From positions 1-48,963 of the forward strand of contig CANKTL010000001.1 of NCBI GenBank assembly GCA_947486405.1: 48,963 nucleotides of DNA. The letters run 5' to 3'. Below, one piece after another: positions 45,770 to 48,963 of this stretch. Under the pieces are notes generated by a model that had not been told where the DNA came from, made no database searches, and saw nothing but the letters and a program-made list of their open reading frames with translations. Origin of the DNA: a bacterium. GTDB lineage: Bacteria; Margulisbacteria; Marinamargulisbacteria; CANKTL01. The position numbers were made by a program, and so were the translations under genes. Every line of letters starts with the position of its first letter. Positions within the stretch are counted from its first letter, which is position 1.

Positions 45770-48700
45770 GGCAGTACCACCATTTTCCCTTTCCCGATTA
45801 CGTCGCCGTTGGCGATGAGTAAATAAGCGAATACACCTGTAATAGAAGAATCGCCTAAGTCTGCGGTGCGAAGCCCTACTTTATTGTAGCCGATGTGGGC
45901 GCCTTCGCTGCCCGCTGGCATGCTGTTGCGGAACACTTCTTTGCCCGTCCAGGTATAGACCCGAAGTTCCATATCGACGTTTTGGCTCAGATAGTATCCA
46001 ATAAATGTACCGTCACTGCGTTTGAATGGGTTAGGGAAGTTGAGAGGGCGATCGGCGATTAGACCCGCAAAGTTGGCGGAAACTTTTAGTACCCCGGTGG
46101 TATAAAGTTCGCTGGTATCCCATTTGAGACGGCCATCGAGTTCAGGCAAATCCATTGTGGCAAATTGACCACTGATACGATTTGCTCGGAATAAATTGAT
46201 CACGTCGCCGGGACGGGGTTTGTAGTTGGCGGGGAGTGTAACCTTCAAGCCCCCTTGGACCGTTAAATTCCCAGACACTGTTAAAAACGGTTCGTCTGCC
46301 GAAGAAAACGTGACCACTGTTTTACCGGTGGACTGGGTTTTAAAGAATTTGGCCGCCATTGCAGCGGTACGTTCTTTCAGCGGTACCACGGGTGTCACGG
46401 CGTTGATATGAAGGGTACCGTTGGCCATAATTTGGCAATTGTCAGCTACTGTGGTTGAGCCTGGGTTAATTTGCAGGGTACCGCCTCTGCTCACAAGGCT
46501 GAAGTTGATGCGGTCGGCTGCGATGGTGCCCCCCGTCCAATCCAAGGTTAGGTTGCCTTCGCCTTTCATCATTTCGCCCGCTATTAGGGTACCTCGAGTC
46601 ATTTTCAGGGTTGCATTTCCTGATTTTCCAGCCGCAAATAGAATAGATCGGGCCGAAACTTGGGCTCCTTCGTTGGTCAGCTTCCCGGTACCCAATGCGC
46701 CCACCACCAACGACTCACGAATATCCACTTGGGCACCCGTAGAATTGGCAATAAATTCACCGTTACTGCCGGAATCCTCACCCAACATGACACCTTTTAC
46801 GGTCAATTTCCCGGTATCCGTGACTGTCAGTGTTTGCTCGCTCGTTTTTCCAACGTTCCATTCAGTTGCCATGTCAGTGACCAGAGTGCGAATAACCGTG
46901 TTCTCAACCAGTTCGCCATGGGAATACACCATCCCAACAAAAACCGGGATAGAGCAGGTTGCAACGACAGAGTAATTTCCGGATACATCGCGGGCAAAGA
47001 TGCCGAAATGATACGTGCCATTTTGCATACCGTTCAACCGAAGGGTAGTGCCACGATAGTTTTCAGTGACCAATATGCCATCGCTGCGATCATCGATTGC
47101 CCGGCTGGCTTGGCGAACCATCACAGAATGGAAATCTTCATCACTGGGCGACGTCCAACTTAGGTCTATACTTCGACGGGTGCCGGTAGCAATAAATAGG
47201 GTAGGACGTGCTGGGGGAGTAGTATCCCGCCGAATTTGAGGTGCTGGTTGTTGAGGCGCATCAGGCTGCTGCGGTGCCTCTGGTGCTTTTGGTTTTTCAG
47301 GTTCGGCTTTAGGTTCTTCTGGTACAGGCGGTGTGGGGGCTACTGGGCGAACAACTGTGGCCGAAATGGTAGCTGGCTCGCTTAAGTTGCCCACTCGGTC
47401 TTTAGCATACACGGCATAAAAATAAGTGCCGGGTGCCAAGTTGGTGTTGGTTACAGTAGTTTCCTCAGTATCTTGCGAAATAACTGTGCCATCCGCTACC
47501 GAGGTCGGGAAGTGCTCATTGTGCCGAACGACTGTGCTCGTGGCAAAATCGGCAGCGTCGGGTGGGGTCCACGTAAGGGTGATATTGGTTAAAGTTGTGG
47601 TGGCGTTCAAATTAGATACACGCCCGGGTCCCGTGGTATCTACCCTAGCCGACACGGTGGTGGCTGCCGAAAAATTACCAATGGCGTCCCGTGTGAATAT
47701 CGAATAGAAATAAGTACGATCCTCTAAATTGGGATCTGCTTGAATGACGCCATTCAACTCTCGCACCACGAGAGCTTCGTCTTCGATCGAAGTAGGGAAG
47801 TGATCGATACTTTTTCTAATCATCACGGATTGGAAGTCCCCACCCGGATTGGTCCAGGTTAAGCTTACATTTTTGCCGGTGGCAATCGCTCTGAATTCAG
47901 ATGCCCGAGCCGGTGGCGTAGTATCTACAGTGACTGATGTAGTCGCCGCAGTTGAGAAGTTGCCATCAGCATCGCGGGTGAAGATTGAGTAAAAATATGT
48001 TTCATCAGGTAAATCGTTGTCATTGTGCACTTCAGCAACGAGGCCTTCTGCTACCAATTCTGGGGCGTCGGTCGCAAGTGGGAATCTTTCTGTGCTTTTG
48101 CGAATCATCGCCGAATGGAAATCTACCCCGGGCTTAAGCCAGGTCAGACGGACATTTTTGCCGGTTGCCGTCGCCCTAAACTCAGTGGCTCGTGCTGGGG
48201 CAGTGGTATCGATGGTGACCGAAGCCGTTGCTTCATCTGCGAAATTGCCTGTCGCATCTCTGGTGAAAATGGAATAGAAATAAGTACCATCTTCTAAATT
48301 GTCGTCAGGATGATTGGCGGCGTTCAGCCCTAGTACCAACAGATCTTCATCTTCAATTGAAGTGGGGAAGTGATCGTTACTTTTTCGGATCATGACGGAC
48401 TGAAAATCGTCAATGGGATTGTTCCAGCTCAAAGTCACGTTGCGGACAGCGGCTGTGGCCCTAGGATTAGTTGCCTTAGCCGGTGCCACGGTATCAATAA
48501 GGACTGACGTTGTGGATGCCAAGGAGAAGTTCCCAATGGCATCCCGGGCAAACACTGAATAGAAATAAGTGCCATCAGCTAAGTTGGTATCATTCCGAGG
48601 CCCAGCGTTTAATCCCTGAACCAGCAATGCTTCATCATCAATAGCAGTGGGGAAATGATCAGTACTTTTGCGAATCATGACCGATTGGAAATCACCGCCA

Positions 48701-48963
48701 GGGTTAGTCCAATTCAAAACCACATTTCTGCCGGTGGCCGTTGCGGTTAAGCCCGTTACCTGAGCTGGAGCAGTGGTGTCCACCACCACCGAAACAGTAG
48801 TTGGAGCCGAGAAGTTGCCAATGGCATCCCGGGCAAACACTGAATAGAAGTAGGTGCCATCGGCTAAGTTATTATCATCACGAGTCCGAGCGTTTAATCC
48901 CTGAACCAGCAAAGCTTCATCATCAATAGCAGTAGGGAAATGATCAGTACTTTTGCGAATCAT
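45766..48963 (-). CDS. Giant surface protein (3' 1065 codons; 5' end outside window): tandem FN3-like array, Pro-rich linker, beta-helix-like region, T9SS/FlgD-Ig-like C-terminal domain
   Basis: Seven FN3-like units, the first five in strict 95-96 aa register, with consensus MIRKSxDHFP...DGTYFYSIFxRDxxGNFS...VDTTxPA...NVxLTWxNPxxDF (46933-48963). One Pro/Glu/Lys/Gln linker (47236-47349). A Gly/Thr-rich region with GxLT/GTL-type repeats (46042-46932). The last 91 aa, NFPNPF...ELRVYTWTGKEV...GVFAYLLIA...MVVLP (45769-46041), match the Por_Secre_tail/FlgD_ig pattern. Confidence 0.85.
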   Translation of the reverse strand: MIRKSTDHFPTAIDDEALLVQGLNARTRDDNNLADGTYFYSVFARDAIGNFSAPTTVSVVVDTTAPAQVTGLTATATGRNVVLNWTNPGGDFQSVMIRKSTDHFPTAIDDEALLVQGLNAGPRNDTNLADGTYFYSVFARDAIGNFSLASTTSVLIDTVAPAKATNPRATAAVRNVTLSWNNPIDDFQSVMIRKSNDHFPTSIEDEDLLVLGLNAANHPDDNLEDGTYFYSIFTRDATGNFADEATASVTIDTTAPARATEFRATATGKNVRLTWLKPGVDFHSAMIRKSTERFPLATDAPELVAEGLVAEVHNDNDLPDETYFYSIFTRDADGNFSTAATTSVTVDTTPPARASEFRAIATGKNVSLTWTNPGGDFQSVMIRKSIDHFPTSIEDEALVVRELNGVIQADPNLEDRTYFYSIFTRDAIGNFSAATTVSARVDTTGPGRVSNLNATTTLTNITLTWTPPDAADFATSTVVRHNEHFPTSVADGTVISQDTEETTVTNTNLAPGTYFYAVYAKDRVGNLSEPATISATVVRPVAPTPPVPEEPKAEPEKPKAPEAPQQPDAPQQPAPQIRRDTTPPARPTLFIATGTRRSIDLSWTSPSDEDFHSVMVRQASRAIDDRSDGILVTENYRGTTLRLNGMQNGTYHFGIFARDVSGNYSVVATCSIPVFVGMVYSHGELVENTVIRTLVTDMATEWNVGKTSEQTLTVTDTGKLTVKGVMLGEDSGSNGEFIANSTGAQVDIRESLVVGALGTGKLTNEGAQVSARSILFAAGKSGNATLKMTRGTLIAGEMMKGEGNLTLDWTGGTIAADRINFSLVSRGGTLQINPGSTTVADNCQIMANGTLHINAVTPVVPLKERTAAMAAKFFKTQSTGKTVVTFSSADEPFLTVSGNLTVQGGLKVTLPANYKPRPGDVINLFRANRISGQFATMDLPELDGRLKWDTSELYTTGVLKVSANFAGLIADRPLNFPNPFKRSDGTFIGYYLSQNVDMELRVYTWTGKEVFRNSMPAGSEGAHIGYNKVGLRTADLGDSSITGVFAYLLIANGDVIGKGKMVVLP
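47536..48963 (-). repeat. In-frame tandem DNA repeat, five units of 285-288 bp (boundaries 48678, 48393, 48108, 47823)
   Basis: Each unit begins with the codons for MIRKS; CAT was read at 48961, 48676, 48391, 48106 and 47821. The two outermost units share a ~150-bp block that is near-identical by eye. The array runs off the window edge. Confidence 0.9.

Noticed and set aside
46226-47163. Plus-strand ORFs of 61-184 aa opposite the giant protein gene
   Set aside because: They are antisense to a continuous 1065-codon frame with clear domain periodicity. These are shadow frames of repetitive coding sequence.
47536-48963. Possibility that the regular repeats are a CRISPR array or a noncoding satellite
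   Set aside because: The period is 285 bp, far above CRISPR repeat-spacer size. There are no short palindromic repeats, and the whole array stays in one open reading frame encoding FN3-like domains.
1-48963. tRNA, rRNA, tmRNA, riboswitch, integrase, transposase or prophage genes
   Set aside because: Every intergenic space is 180 nt or shorter and none shows cloverleaf-like or known riboswitch features. No ORF carries recombinase or transposase motifs (DDE, or the tyrosine-recombinase R-H-R-Y context) that I could recognise.

Overview
This is a 48.9-kb chromosomal window from an aerobic diderm bacterium, judged from TolC, lipobox lipoproteins and LPS-type GT9/PAP2 genes. The lineage cannot be fixed from the sequence alone. 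It holds about 47 tightly packed protein-coding genes, many with ATGA/4-nt overlaps. I found no tRNA, rRNA, CRISPR, transposase or integrase.

Left to right:
1. A nucleoid/replication-flavoured operon: ybaB-recR-HU-SpoIIIAA/Ycf45-like R3H ATPase-tmk.
2. Two orphan lipoproteins, then dapB-asd.
3. A visibly AT-richer three-gene segment: DUF4143 AAA ATPase, small SAM methyltransferase and a 700-aa orphan.
4. A 13.6-kb, 14-gene respiratory operon. It encodes Alternative Complex III (actABCDEF) joined to a caa3-type cytochrome c oxidase, SCO1, heme A synthase and two unassigned membrane ORFs.
5. On the minus strand, an FAD oxidoreductase, a YgjP-like metallopeptidase and a three-gene signalling cassette (GHKL-like regulator, STAS/SiaC-like protein, sensor-less histidine kinase).
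6. Assorted genes: orphan 336-aa protein, lipoprotein, RlmK-like methyltransferase, ABC exporter plus 367-aa orphan, ABC-F ATPase, YceI, DHA2 MFS pump, YkgJ.
7. A 10.8-kb minus-strand envelope locus. A giant tandem FN3-array protein (5' end outside the window) has a T9SS/FlgD-Ig-like C-terminal domain and is ATGA-coupled to a PorV/PorQ-like barrel. TolC-MacA-MacB, a long GT9 glycosyltransferase and a PAP2 phosphatase follow.

The most system-like candidates for follow-up are the envelope locus (38196-48963), the signalling cassette (25799-27635) and the AT-rich orphan segment (6400-10398). All functional calls come from motif recognition by eye. No database search or structure prediction was run.
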